From an uncultured Nitrososphaeria archaeon (lineage in GTDB: Archaea > Thermoproteota > Nitrososphaeria_A > Caldarchaeales > Wolframiiraptoraceae), in NCBI GenBank assembly GCA_964396455.1, contig CAYNFG010000005.1:1-42139 (forward strand): a stretch of 42,139 bases of DNA. The letters run 5' to 3'. Position 1 is the stretch's first letter, and the number at the start of each line of letters is the position of its first letter. Both the position numbers and the translations under genes were made by a program. A model generated the notes under the pieces. That model was not told the origin of the DNA. It saw only the letters and a program-made list of their open reading frames with translations, and did no database searches. Shown in pieces: positions 1-9,387 of this stretch.

Positions 1-2
1 TT

Positions 3-383
3 CAGTGGCATGGAGATCTTCATAAGCGGAAGCCGACCGGTGGAAGGCGGAGGCCATATAGGAAGAAGCGGAAGTATGAGCGGGGCGGAGAGCCTGTGCT
101 AACGATGATAGGCGAGAGAAAGCTTAGGGAGAAGAGGACAAGGGGCGGCGGAGTAAAATATGCTCTCGTCTCAGACATCTACGCGAACGTCCTAGACCCC
201 GAGAAGAAGATAGCGCAAAAGGTCAAGATCCTCAGATTGGTCTCCAATCCCGCTAACCGAGATCTAGAGAGGCGTGGAGTAATAACTAAGGGCGCGATAA
301 TAGAGACCGAGATTGGAAGGGCGAAGGTAACCTCCAGACCGGGTCAAGATGGCGTAATAAACGCGGTCCTGATAAAGCAGTAG
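3..383 (+). CDS. rps8e: 30S ribosomal protein S8e (5' end outside window)
   Basis: Frame is open from nt 3: [26 protein letters not shown]...; C-terminal S8e signature [30 protein letters not shown]. Confidence 0.96.
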   Translation, partial: QWHGDLHKRKPTGGRRRPYRKKRKYERGGEPVLTMIGERKLREKRTRGGGVKYALVSDIYANVLDPEKKIAQKVKILRLVSNPANRDLERRGVITKGAIIETEIGRAKVTSRPGQDGVINAVLIKQ

Positions 384-407
384 CCCAGGGAGGGAGCCTA
401 GGAGATC

Positions 408-695
408 TTGCTAAAAAAGCGTGGCTACGTAATCTGGCCGATATACTTCGATAGCTCGATCAGCCGATCGGAGTGTAGGCGAGTCCCGTTATCCCTAGCG
501 ATAAGAAATCCGACAGCCGAGCAGATCGCTAAAGCTGCTAGAAGCCTTGGCTGGCGTGTAGAGCTTGAACCCGGCAGCCATCCAGCATACTGGTGGAAGA
601 GAACCGGGAAGGTAATTATAGATCCCGGAAAACCGATGAAAAAAGGCGAGGTCATAAAGACGTTGGCGCAGGTCTTAAAACGCATGCGCCGATAA
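408..695 (+). CDS. srp19: Signal recognition particle 19 kDa protein
   Basis: IWPIYFDS..SRSECRRVP..LAIRNP, HPAYWW..TGKV motifs; conserved position after rps8e. Confidence 0.92.
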   Translation: MLKKRGYVIWPIYFDSSISRSECRRVPLSLAIRNPTAEQIAKAARSLGWRVELEPGSHPAYWWKRTGKVIIDPGKPMKKGEVIKTLAQVLKRMRR

Positions 696-707
696 GCTTT
701 CCAGGCC

Positions 708-980
708 ATGAATCCTCCAATCCGAAAATTGAAACGGCTTGGAAGGGTCTGGGGCGTCGTCGAGGGCAGGCTCGTGGTCGAGGGCGAGACTCTCCCAAGG
801 CTGGGCGAAACAGTATACGACTCGAGGATGAGAGAGATCGGCGTAGTCTTAAACGTCTTCGGCCCCATCAACAAGTTCTTTATAGAAATCGATCCGAGGG
901 ATAAGCCAAGCTATAAGGAAGGTACGCCGCTCTATATCCTCCAAGAGGAAAGAGCCTCGAGGTATACTAGGAGATCTTGA
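708..980 (+). CDS. gar1: H/ACA RNP protein Gar1/Naf1
   Basis: LKRLGRV, PRLGETVYD..REIGVVLNVFGPI motif; srp19-gar1-tfb synteny. Confidence 0.85.
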   Translation: MNPPIRKLKRLGRVWGVVEGRLVVEGETLPRLGETVYDSRMREIGVVLNVFGPINKFFIEIDPRDKPSYKEGTPLYILQEERASRYTRRS

Positions 981-1064
981 GAATAGGACTTAAAGAATCT
1001 GGGTAGGTCTGATCTGGTCATCATATTTAGCATGGGATTATGCTCTCTCCAGCGGCTAAGGATC

Positions 1065-1874
1065 ATGGATAAGAGATGCTGCCCCCTCTGCGGATCTACC
1101 CAGATAATTTTGGACGAGTTCTCCGGCGAGCTAGTATGCTGTAGATGCGGCCTAGTCCTAGAGAAATCCATCCATCGTGGCCCTGAGTGGCGCGCATATG
1201 GGTATGGGGATAGGCTTAGAAGGGAGCGTGCCGGAGCGCCTATTACGCCTCTTTTACACGATCTAGGCTTATCAACGGACCATAGGATACGCGATGGGGA
1301 TGAGGAGCTTAGGATCAAGGTATTGTCGGAGATTCATAGGCTAAGCTCTAGCATGAATTTACCTAGATCTGTTGCGGAGACGGCTGGGATGCTTCTTAGA
1401 AAGCTTGGCGAGGATCTAAGGGATTTCAATCGCTCAATAGAGGGTCTCTCTGCAGCGTTACTCTATCTCTCGCTTAGAATACATGAGATACCTCGTGATG
1501 TTAGGGAGTTCGCAGAATATAGCGGGGTTGATCAAAATAAGATTCTCAGGCTTTACGTGAGGCTGGCTCAGATCCTAGGCGTTAGACCTAGATTCTCGGC
1601 GTCCTCATTCATCTCCAAGCTCGTTAAAAGCCTCGGGCTTCCGGCTAGGGTTGAGGAGTATGCGGGTAGGCTATGCTCTACGGCTATCAGGCAAGGATTA
1701 TCGCAGGGAAGGAGTCTAAGAGCTTTAGCCGCCGCCTCCGTATACCTAGCCGCGAAGATTTTAGGGCATCCCGTATCTCAGAGAGTTGTATCGAGGAGCG
1801 GAAGGGTTAGCTTGAGTAGTATCAGGAGGAGGCTGAAGGAGCTTAAGCAGCTAGCCTCGGCGATTAACATATAA
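1065..1874 (+). CDS. tfb: Transcription initiation factor IIB (TFB), divergent, with shortened B-linker
   Basis: Zn ribbon CPLCGS...GELVCCRCG, B-reader GPEWRAY, HDLGLST, two cyclin repeats, C-terminal HTH. ATG 1065 is preferred over 1032. Confidence 0.9.
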   Translation: MDKRCCPLCGSTQIILDEFSGELVCCRCGLVLEKSIHRGPEWRAYGYGDRLRRERAGAPITPLLHDLGLSTDHRIRDGDEELRIKVLSEIHRLSSSMNLPRSVAETAGMLLRKLGEDLRDFNRSIEGLSAALLYLSLRIHEIPRDVREFAEYSGVDQNKILRLYVRLAQILGVRPRFSASSFISKLVKSLGLPARVEEYAGRLCSTAIRQGLSQGRSLRALAAASVYLAAKILGHPVSQRVVSRSGRVSLSSIRRRLKELKQLASAINI

Positions 1875-1909
1875 GGCGGCTAGCCAATTAATCTGCTTAG
1901 TGAGCTTTC

Positions 1910-2296
1910 TTGCCTCAAAAGCTTAGCAAGCTGGAGGAAAAGGCCATCAAGCTGTTATTGAAGTATCAGGATCGAGGGCTCCTCCAATCAGAGCTCTGGC
2001 ATAAGCTCGGCGTAACGAGTAGGGAGGGATCGAGGATAGCTATCAGGCTTGAGAAGAAGGGGATGGTGAAGAGGGTTAAGGAGTTTGCAAAGGATAGATG
2101 GACTAGAAGGCTTGTCCCGCTGATCAGGAGGGTTACGATCGAGCCTATCAAGGGCGCGCCATGCATCTCATGCGAGAACGAGCACGTATGCGGTAAGGGT
2201 GGGATAGTATCCCCCCAATCCTGCCCAAAGCTAGAGCTATGGGTCCTAGAATCATATAGAAGTCATCGAGAAAAGCCTTCCAGAAGACGACGCTAA
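1910..2296 (+). CDS. tfeB: Transcription factor E beta subunit (RPC34-like; winged helix plus Fe-S cluster domain)
   Basis: N-terminal wHTH (GLLQSELWHKLGVTSREGSRIAIRLEKKGMVKR) and C-terminal PCxxC-x5-C-x10-C..L..W (PCISCENEHVCGKGGIVSPQSCPKLELW); adjacent to tfb. Confidence 0.82.
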   Translation: MPQKLSKLEEKAIKLLLKYQDRGLLQSELWHKLGVTSREGSRIAIRLEKKGMVKRVKEFAKDRWTRRLVPLIRRVTIEPIKGAPCISCENEHVCGKGGIVSPQSCPKLELWVLESYRSHREKPSRRRR

Positions 2297-2299
2297 CTC

Positions 2300-2914
2300 T
2301 CAAACAATTTTCCCCAAGCCTATGAAGTAGAATTCTGAGCTTGTCTTACGCTTAGCCTTAGGGATAAACCTCTTCACAAACCTATACTCCCTCCGAATGG
2401 TTTGCTCGAGTTCTCGAACCTCCTCGCAGTCAAACGCCTTAAGCATTATAGATCCATTAGTCTTCACGATTCTCCTCGAGATCTCATAGGATTTTAGGGA
2501 GAGCTCGTATTGTCGAATCATATCGACGTCTCTAACCCCCGTAAATCTTGGGGATGCATCTGAGATTAGCACGTCCGCCAGCTTCCCATCCAAGATCTTT
2601 AGAATCTCTGAAGCCACATCGTCTTCGAGGATGTCCAGCTGAAGAGCGATGATGTTCTCTTCTTCAAATCTCTCAAACTCCCTTCTATCAACAGCTATCA
2701 CCAATCCTTCTGGCCCGACTATCCTGGCGGCCGCCTGGCTCATTCCGCCGGGCCATGCTCCAAGCTCTATGACTATATCTCCTCTTTTGAGGAGCTGGAA
2801 CCTCTTCTGGGCTTCTAGAAGCTTGTAAGCTGCCCTGGAGCGATAGCCCTCCTCTCTAGCCCTCCGCCTGTAGTAGTCTCGCTTCGCCTCATCGATCCAT
2901 CTACGAGTCGGCAT
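2300..2914 (-). CDS. rlmE: 23S rRNA Um2552 2'-O-methyltransferase RlmE/FtsJ
   Basis: GYRSRAAYKL, ELGAWPGG SAM motif, SDASP, LKAF, SSEFY (K-D-K-E tetrad). Confidence 0.93.
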   Translation of the reverse strand: MPTRRWIDEAKRDYYRRRAREEGYRSRAAYKLLEAQKRFQLLKRGDIVIELGAWPGGMSQAAARIVGPEGLVIAVDRREFERFEEENIIALQLDILEDDVASEILKILDGKLADVLISDASPRFTGVRDVDMIRQYELSLKSYEISRRIVKTNGSIMLKAFDCEEVRELEQTIRREYRFVKRFIPKAKRKTSSEFYFIGLGKIV

Positions 2915-2944
2915 CTTTCGTGAAGAAGATTGCTTGAGGAGTTT

Positions 2945-4150
2945 TTAGATATTGGGCTTAGCTTCTTCAAAAGCGAGTCTTATCCCTTCGAGGGAGGCGT
3001 CAGTCTTGACTCCGCTAGGATCTACATGGGTTATCGAGGCTCTATATCCGAGCTCCCTTAATTTCTCGATTAGGGTGGTGGGCTTGATCGGAGGGCTTTT
3101 AAGAATCCTCGCTAGATAGTTTATCGGGAAGTATCCTAGAAGGCTATGATCCTCTCTAGCTAAAGCATTTACGAGCTTGATCGTCTCGCGATAAAGCTCC
3201 TGCATCTTAATCGCCCTCGAGAAGATCTTGGATGCGAGATCTACATCGTTTAAGGGGCCTATCCAGGCTGGGCCGGCGTAGTCGATTCTATTTCCGCAGC
3301 CTTCGCAGATCGTTATCGGTTGTCTGAACCTCTCGACCGCATATATCTTGAGGCAGCTCGGGCAGTAGGAGATCCATCCAGTCTTCCTCATAAGCTCGTT
3401 AGCAGGCTTCTTTCCCCGCTCAACTTCTACGAAGACTTTTACGTAATGGTCTTTCGAGAAGGCGTATATCGGCTTCGCGGCTAGGTTGAGTCTGGCGGCG
3501 GTTCTCACCATGAAGCCGGCTAATATTCTCAGGGCGATCTCCTTCGAGAAGGGCGTTCTAAGAGGCTTTGCATCATACTTCCTCATGCACGACTCGGGCT
3601 TTGCTCCGGCGAGGGCTGGCATATCGGTTGCCGTCGCGCTTAGGATTCCTCCCCGGCGGCATGCTCTAAAAGCGTTTTCGAGGAAGGATGCTGGCGATCC
3701 GGCTGGATCTATATCGATATAGCCGTATTTCGGCTTTCCGGGATCATGTCTTGCGAGAAGCTCGTTCGCATCAAGATTTTCTACCTTCACGATGTTTTCA
3801 ACGCCGTTCAATCTGACGTTTATCTTCATGAGCTTGCATGCTCTAGGAGATATATCGTTTGCAGTTATCTCTTCCGCGACATCGGTTTCTAAGGCTATCC
3901 TAATGCTCCTCACACCAGTTCCGGCCAGAGCATCGCATACCCTTATCCTGCTCTCTCCGAATCTAGATGCTAGAAGGAGTATGGTTGCATCTCTATTCGG
4001 CTTCGATACCGGGTTAAAGAATACGGGAAGATCAGTTGGAGCGAAATCCCTCCTATCCGGGATCTTAGGCGAGTAGAATAAAGCCTTCCCCTCCCTCCGA
4101 AGCTCGACCTCATAACCCAATTCCTCTTTAAGCGGGTTAAGCCTGTTCAT
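2945..4150 (-). CDS. trm1: tRNA (guanine-26-N2)-dimethyltransferase
   Basis: PVFFNP, DALAGTGVRSIR, IDIDPAGSP, TATD, Zn motif CPSC...CEGC, GPAW, THVDPSGVKTDA. Confidence 0.95.
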   Translation of the reverse strand: MNRLNPLKEELGYEVELRREGKALFYSPKIPDRRDFAPTDLPVFFNPVSKPNRDATILLLASRFGESRIRVCDALAGTGVRSIRIALETDVAEEITANDISPRACKLMKINVRLNGVENIVKVENLDANELLARHDPGKPKYGYIDIDPAGSPASFLENAFRACRRGGILSATATDMPALAGAKPESCMRKYDAKPLRTPFSKEIALRILAGFMVRTAARLNLAAKPIYAFSKDHYVKVFVEVERGKKPANELMRKTGWISYCPSCLKIYAVERFRQPITICEGCGNRIDYAGPAWIGPLNDVDLASKIFSRAIKMQELYRETIKLVNALAREDHSLLGYFPINYLARILKSPPIKPTTLIEKLRELGYRASITHVDPSGVKTDASLEGIRLAFEEAKPNI

Positions 4151-4698
4151 CGACGGCCCAGCGCCTCAAGAATCCTCTCAACAACCATTATTGGAATCTT
4201 ATCCCGATTACCCGAATTCAGAATGAGCAGATTCTCGCCGGCCAGCCTCTTAACCTTCGAGATCAAGGGATCACGCGAGCGGTAATGAACCGTGAGTATG
4301 GAATGCTTATCGGATGCGAGAAGCTCTTCAACAGCCTCCCTAAACCTCCTACTGTAAAGCTCCATAGGCCCAACCTCATCAACTATGACGACCTCCCCTT
4401 TCCTCAACCCGTCTAAGATTGCTGAAACCCCAACCTCCTCTAAATCCCGAATATTCACCACGTATTTCCCGAGCCTCGGCCCATCTGTAAACCTCGTATG
4501 CGCTAGGATGCCTTCGCCGCCGCCAATCCTCTTAACAGCGAAGCCTATCCTCCTCCCACCCTCCCTAATCTCCTCGGTATACATCCCCTCCACCCTAACG
4601 CCCTCATCGAGCAGCTTCTTCGCGATCTTTAGGATAGCTGTAGTTTTGCCGCAGCCCGGCGGGCCTGTAAGCGCATAAAATATTCTCCTGCCCGGCAT
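4147..4698 (-). CDS. Nucleoside-triphosphatase THEP1/NTPase_1 family
   Basis: TGPPGCGKTT, GMYTEEIREGGRRIGF, VDEVGPMEL. Confidence 0.92.
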   Translation of the reverse strand: MPGRRIFYALTGPPGCGKTTAILKIAKKLLDEGVRVEGMYTEEIREGGRRIGFAVKRIGGGEGILAHTRFTDGPRLGKYVVNIRDLEEVGVSAILDGLRKGEVVIVDEVGPMELYSRRFREAVEELLASDKHSILTVHYRSRDPLISKVKRLAGENLLILNSGNRDKIPIMVVERILEALGRR

Positions 4699-4753
4699 TC
4701 AAGCCTATCCTCCCAGCATCTAGATAAGAATGTTCTCCGCTCCCTGGACTCAA

Positions 4754-5467
4754 TTACTCTATTATGACCAGCTCTAGCGGCGAGGTCGGTCTTAGGGGGA
4801 TCATTTGGCCGAGCCCCCTAGATACGTATAAGATTGAGCCGTTGATCTCGTGTAGTCCTCTAGCGTAAGCCGAGTTCGATAGGAGGGTTAGTCCTTGGAT
4901 TACGATGCCGCCGTGGGTATGGCCTGCTAGGATAAGCTTAGATCCGCCTGCTTCTAGGGCAACGTTCGGATCATGTGCTAGGAGTATGGTTGCATCCGAG
5001 GCTGGCTTATATCTTCTGCTATCCCTCCAATCGACGCCATATATCCTCCCAACCCTACTCTCCGCCCATTCGTCGATCAATAATCTAAAGCCGCATTCCC
5101 TCAGGATTTTAGCTAGCTCGCCTATCCTGCCAGACCAGTGATCATGATTCCCTAGGACGGCGTATTTCTCGATAGCATCTATCTGGGAAAGGAATCTTTT
5201 AACCGGGTCTAGGGATGGGGTCAGCTCGTCCAGTATATCCCCTCCATGAAGGACTATATCCGGATCTTCTCTATCCAGCAATCTTATGATCTCCTCCTTG
5301 ACGGGATCGTAGAAGTGTATATGAGTGTCCGTAAGAAATGCTATCCTCGCACCCATATCCAGCCTAAGCCTAGTAACCTCTATCCTAAGACATTCGTAAT
5401 GCGAGTATGCAGCTGGGATCGCTAGGATGCCTATCGTCAGGAGAAGACCTCTCCTAGAGATCTTCAC
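4754..5467 (-). CDS. Metallophosphoesterase (calcineurin-like, YkuE-type), N-terminal anchor
   Basis: DTH, GGDILD, GNHD, AHDP, GHTHGG, SRGLG motifs. Confidence 0.9.
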   Translation of the reverse strand: MKISRRGLLLTIGILAIPAAYSHYECLRIEVTRLRLDMGARIAFLTDTHIHFYDPVKEEIIRLLDREDPDIVLHGGDILDELTPSLDPVKRFLSQIDAIEKYAVLGNHDHWSGRIGELAKILRECGFRLLIDEWAESRVGRIYGVDWRDSRRYKPASDATILLAHDPNVALEAGGSKLILAGHTHGGIVIQGLTLLSNSAYARGLHEINGSILYVSRGLGQMIPLRPTSPLELVIIE

Positions 5468-5485
5468 GCCTCTCCACTACTCCCG

Positions 5486-6142
5486 CTACTCCATGGAAAA
5501 CTCGTCCAACCTTCTCTGAGCTATCTTCGATAAGGTTTTCCAACTAAATCTTACATGCTTGCCCGGCGAGACCTCCCCTCTAAGAATCCTCTCTAAGAAA
5601 CCTCTAGTCTTCGGATCGGAGGGATATCCTGATCCAAAATCTCCGAGCTCGGCTTTCAACAGCTCTATCCTCCTATCCCTTTCGTATTTCGCGATTATTG
5701 ATGCGGCCGAGACTATCGGATATTTTTGATCGGCTTTATGCTCTAGGATGAGCGCGCAGCGATGGGATGCTAGATCTTCGATGGTCTTTCTAAATTCTTC
5801 ATAGCGGGTTGATGGTAGATCTATATAGGCTGCATCGGGTTTAAGCGAGTCAATGATCTCGGCGAAGATCCGGGCTTCAAGCTCATTTAGCCCCTGAGCG
5901 CCCCGCCTCTTAGTAGATCTATCGACTTCAGCCGCCTCGACCACAACGACCTTCACATCGTCTGCGATCTCCCTAATCAGCTTCGATAGCTCCGCCCGCA
6001 TGCCGGGCGTAAGCTCCTTAGAATCTCTAACTCCGATCTGCATAAGCTCCTCAACCCTAGAGTTATCTAGTAGAACGCCGGCCACGACCATAGGTCCTAT
6101 TACCGCGCCTCTACCAGCCTCATCGATTCCGCAGATCTTCAA
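5486..6142 (-). CDS. rnhB: Ribonuclease HII
   Basis: GIDEAGRG.VIGPMV, RDSK, HKAD, SAASIIAK, GSGYPSDP. Confidence 0.96.
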   Translation of the reverse strand: MKICGIDEAGRGAVIGPMVVAGVLLDNSRVEELMQIGVRDSKELTPGMRAELSKLIREIADDVKVVVVEAAEVDRSTKRRGAQGLNELEARIFAEIIDSLKPDAAYIDLPSTRYEEFRKTIEDLASHRCALILEHKADQKYPIVSAASIIAKYERDRRIELLKAELGDFGSGYPSDPKTRGFLERILRGEVSPGKHVRFSWKTLSKIAQRRLDEFSME

Positions 6143-6268
6143 CGGCTAATCTGTTTTAGGATGGCTTCATAAGCATTTTCCGCGCCTCTCTTTCCCCGGG
6201 GATCGTCTTTCCAGGGATCTAGCCTTAAATAGCCTTTAATTTACGGAAGACTTGCAGAGGTTTAGGAG

Positions 6269-7342
6269 ATGCCTCCTGCGGGTAGGGTTAAGAAGCTTAT
6301 AGAGGTTCTTCGTGAGGACGGCTTAACGGGAGCGATTATAAGGTCTGATGCGAACATCTTCTACTTGACCGGGTATAGGGGTTCGGGGCTTTTATTTATC
6401 CCGCTTGATGGCCTCCCGCTCCTCTACGTTTCTCCCTTGTATTACGAGCTTGCTGAGGAGAGCTTATCGGGGGATGTTCAGCTTGTTAAGCTTGATCAGC
6501 AGCCTGTTATAGATCGGATTCTCGACGGTCTTCCAGATTCTGTGAAGGCTAGGCTTGGATATGATAGCTTAAGCGCGGAGGATTATATCAGGTTATCCGA
6601 GCGGCTTGGCGGATCGATTATCTCCATATCGGATAGGCTTTGGAAGCTTAGGATGATCAAGGAGGAGGATGAGCTTGAGAAGATTCGAAGAGCATGCGAG
6701 ATCTCCTCGAGATGCATGGAGCTCGCCTCGGAGATCATCAGCGAGGGAGTTACGGAGGCCGAGGTTAAAGCCGAGATCCTGAAGGAGATGATGACGCTCG
6801 GCGGCGAGAAGCCTGCCTTCGATATAATCGTAGCCTCGGGGCCGAACTCCTCCAAGCCCCATGGAGTTCCGGGGAATAGGACTATCGAGTCGGGCGATAT
6901 AGTGGTCGTAGACCTAGGCGTCGTTTATGAAGGATATTGCTCTGATATGACGAGATCATTCTATGTTGGGGATAAGCCTGAGGAGGAGATGATCCGAGCA
7001 TATGAGGCGGTGGTAGAGGCTAAGAAGGAGGCTGAGGAAATGGCTAAGCTCGGGGTCAAGACGGCGGAGCTATATGAAAAAGCATATGAGAGGCTTGCAT
7101 CAGCCGGATATGGAGAACACTTCCTTCACGGGCTTGGACATGGCGTCGGAATAGAAATTCACGAACCCCCGAGGCTAAAGCGGGAAGCCGATGAAATATT
7201 ATCCGAAGGCATGGTCATAACGATAGAGCCTGGAGTATATCTTCCGAAGAAGTTCGGCATCAGAATAGAGGATACGTTATTGGTCCTACGAGATGGCGTC
7301 GAGAAGCTAACATCAGCATCATACGAATTAACCCTACCCTAA
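6269..7342 (+). CDS. Xaa-Pro aminopeptidase/prolidase (M24B)
   Basis: N-terminal creatinase-like domain; PHG, DLG, YCSDMTR, HGLGHGVGIEIHE, TIEPGVY, RIED. Confidence 0.94.
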   Translation: MPPAGRVKKLIEVLREDGLTGAIIRSDANIFYLTGYRGSGLLFIPLDGLPLLYVSPLYYELAEESLSGDVQLVKLDQQPVIDRILDGLPDSVKARLGYDSLSAEDYIRLSERLGGSIISISDRLWKLRMIKEEDELEKIRRACEISSRCMELASEIISEGVTEAEVKAEILKEMMTLGGEKPAFDIIVASGPNSSKPHGVPGNRTIESGDIVVVDLGVVYEGYCSDMTRSFYVGDKPEEEMIRAYEAVVEAKKEAEEMAKLGVKTAELYEKAYERLASAGYGEHFLHGLGHGVGIEIHEPPRLKREADEILSEGMVITIEPGVYLPKKFGIRIEDTLLVLRDGVEKLTSASYELTLP

Positions 7343-8121
7343 GCTCCAAACCTTCGCTGCCTCTTCTGATAGGTTCGTATAGCCCTCATTAAATCGATCT
7401 TCCTAAACTCTGGCCAATAAACGTCTAGAAATATGAGTTCGCTATACGCCGACTGCCATAGGAGGAAATTGCTTATCCTCTCCTCTCCCGACGTCCTGAT
7501 AATCATATCAGGCTCCTGTATTGGTAGATCAGCTGTATAGAGATACCTGCTTATCAAATCTTCATCGATATTCTCTATCCTAACCTTCCCTGAAAGAACG
7601 TCTATGGCAAGCTTTTTGGCGGCATCGGTTATCTCCGCCCTACCACCATAAGCGATCGCGAGATTCACGAATAGTCTATCATAGTTCTTTGTCGCTTCTT
7701 CGAGTTCTTCGAGCGCCTTCCTAAGATCGTCGGGTAGAAGCTCCCTCCTACCAATAACCTTAACCCTAATCCGATTCTTATGGAGTATATCACTCTTCAG
7801 ATAATCTTCGGCTTTCTCCTTGAATAGCTTGAATAGCTCGGCAAGCTCCCTTTCATCCCTCTTAAAATTCTCGGTTGAAAGCGCGAAGAACGTAACGACT
7901 TTTATCCCTAGCTCGAGACACCATTTTATGACTTCTTCAAGCTTTTTCGCGCCGAATCTATGGCCTAGCCATGGTTCGAGCCCCCTCTTCCTAGCCCACC
8001 TCCTATTCCCATCCATGATTATCGCTATATGTGCTGGCATCTCGCCTTTCTCGATCACCTTACCCAGCCATTTTTCATAAAGCTTATACACTCCTAGGGC
8101 TTTTAGAAGCTTCTGGATCAT
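7339..8121 (-). CDS. uppS: cis-prenyltransferase (polyprenyl diphosphate synthase)
   Basis: HIAIIMDGNRRWA, LSTENFKR, YGGRAEI, RTSGEERISNFLLWQ, RRFGA end. Confidence 0.96.
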   Translation of the reverse strand: MIQKLLKALGVYKLYEKWLGKVIEKGEMPAHIAIIMDGNRRWARKRGLEPWLGHRFGAKKLEEVIKWCLELGIKVVTFFALSTENFKRDERELAELFKLFKEKAEDYLKSDILHKNRIRVKVIGRRELLPDDLRKALEELEEATKNYDRLFVNLAIAYGGRAEITDAAKKLAIDVLSGKVRIENIDEDLISRYLYTADLPIQEPDMIIRTSGEERISNFLLWQSAYSELIFLDVYWPEFRKIDLMRAIRTYQKRQRRFGA

Positions 8122-8160
8122 CTCTTCCAGATAAGTTTTGGTTATTCCAAGCCATAACCT

Positions 8161-9339
8161 TTAGTGTCTAGGTTTCTTTCTGAAATAGCTGGAGTAGGCT
8201 TTCCGGAGGATTCTAGTAACTAGAATCGTGATCGTCATGGCGACCATTCCTAGGATCGCTGTTACGATTAGTAGGAATATCTGAGGATTCTCGAATCCTC
8301 CGGATGCTCCCGTGAGGAGTATTATGCCTGTTCGCTTAAGTAGCGCCCATAGCCATAGGAGTAGGACTGAGCCTCTAACCATCAGCCAGAAGTTCGGGTT
8401 TCTTGTAAAGAGATAATAGACCATGTTCGCTAGGACCGCTACGAAGATCGCTATCGAGATCAGATCTATCGAGCTGCTTATATACGCCCCTGCTAGGAAT
8501 GGGAGCTTATCGAGCCACCAGAGGACGTGGGTCGAGAACTCCGGAGCCTCTGGATATGCTTCCTCGACCGCTTTGATGGTTGAGATATAGCCTGTGTAGA
8601 AGCCCATTAACAAGAGTATGACTGTCGTGAATGTGGCATATGCTCTTAGCTGGGTATAGGCCGGCATCCTAAAGAGTCGTAGGAGGTTTCTAAAGCCTGA
8701 GGCTATTCTTTGATCTATGTTGAATCCCCTCATGATGAAGTATATGCCGATCGCTGAGAGGACGAAGGGTATCGAGGCTACATTTACGATATAGAGTATG
8801 CCTATGATGGCCATTAGAAGGCCGGGTATCCCCAAAAATATCCTCGAGTACCTCGGCTCGGTAAAGATTAGCTTAAAGTATCTTCCGAGTATAAGCCAGG
8901 TCTGTTCAACCGATTCGCTATGCCTTACAACCACCCTTCTAACCGAGACTATCGGAAGCCGGGATGAGAGGATGGGTGTAACGAATTGATCTGTTACGCC
9001 GTCGCTTACAAGTATGCATCCATCAGCCTTAAACTTCTTGAGAACCTCGTCTAGTTCTCGCATAATCTTCATATCTGCTTCCAGCCCCTCGCTCTCCTCC
9101 CCGGCGACGGTTGCAACCTCTATATGGTCTCCGAGCTTTTCGGATAGCTCTCGATAGATCTTTAAAGCTCCGAAGATCGCGTTTGCATCCGCCTCTTCCG
9201 GATCTGCTAGGAGTAGAGCTTGAGCCGCCTTCAGGTTCTCCTCAAAGCCTACTATCGGGGTAGAGAGTCCAGTCTTCCTCCCGACATCATTATCCCTATC
9301 AACCACAAGTATCAGCAGCTTCTTCTGCTTCTCAGCCAT
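8161..9339 (-). CDS. DUF373 family archaeal membrane protein
   Basis: LVVDRDNDVGRKTG, DPEEADAN, VSDG.TD, RVVVRHSESVE followed by multiple TM helices; adjacent to uppS. Confidence 0.88.
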   Translation of the reverse strand: MAEKQKKLLILVVDRDNDVGRKTGLSTPIVGFEENLKAAQALLLADPEEADANAIFGALKIYRELSEKLGDHIEVATVAGEESEGLEADMKIMRELDEVLKKFKADGCILVSDGVTDQFVTPILSSRLPIVSVRRVVVRHSESVEQTWLILGRYFKLIFTEPRYSRIFLGIPGLLMAIIGILYIVNVASIPFVLSAIGIYFIMRGFNIDQRIASGFRNLLRLFRMPAYTQLRAYATFTTVILLLMGFYTGYISTIKAVEEAYPEAPEFSTHVLWWLDKLPFLAGAYISSSIDLISIAIFVAVLANMVYYLFTRNPNFWLMVRGSVLLLWLWALLKRTGIILLTGASGGFENPQIFLLIVTAILGMVAMTITILVTRILRKAYSSYFRKKPRH

Positions 9340-9387
9340 TAGTTACTTACACAATAAATTTTCTGCAAGGGATGAAATAAGGATTGC

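Noticed and set aside
425-1318. Overlapping alternative ORFs (425-874, 593-904, 932-1318) and similar antisense ORFs throughout the window
   Set aside because: They overlap well-supported genes and carry no recognisable motifs.
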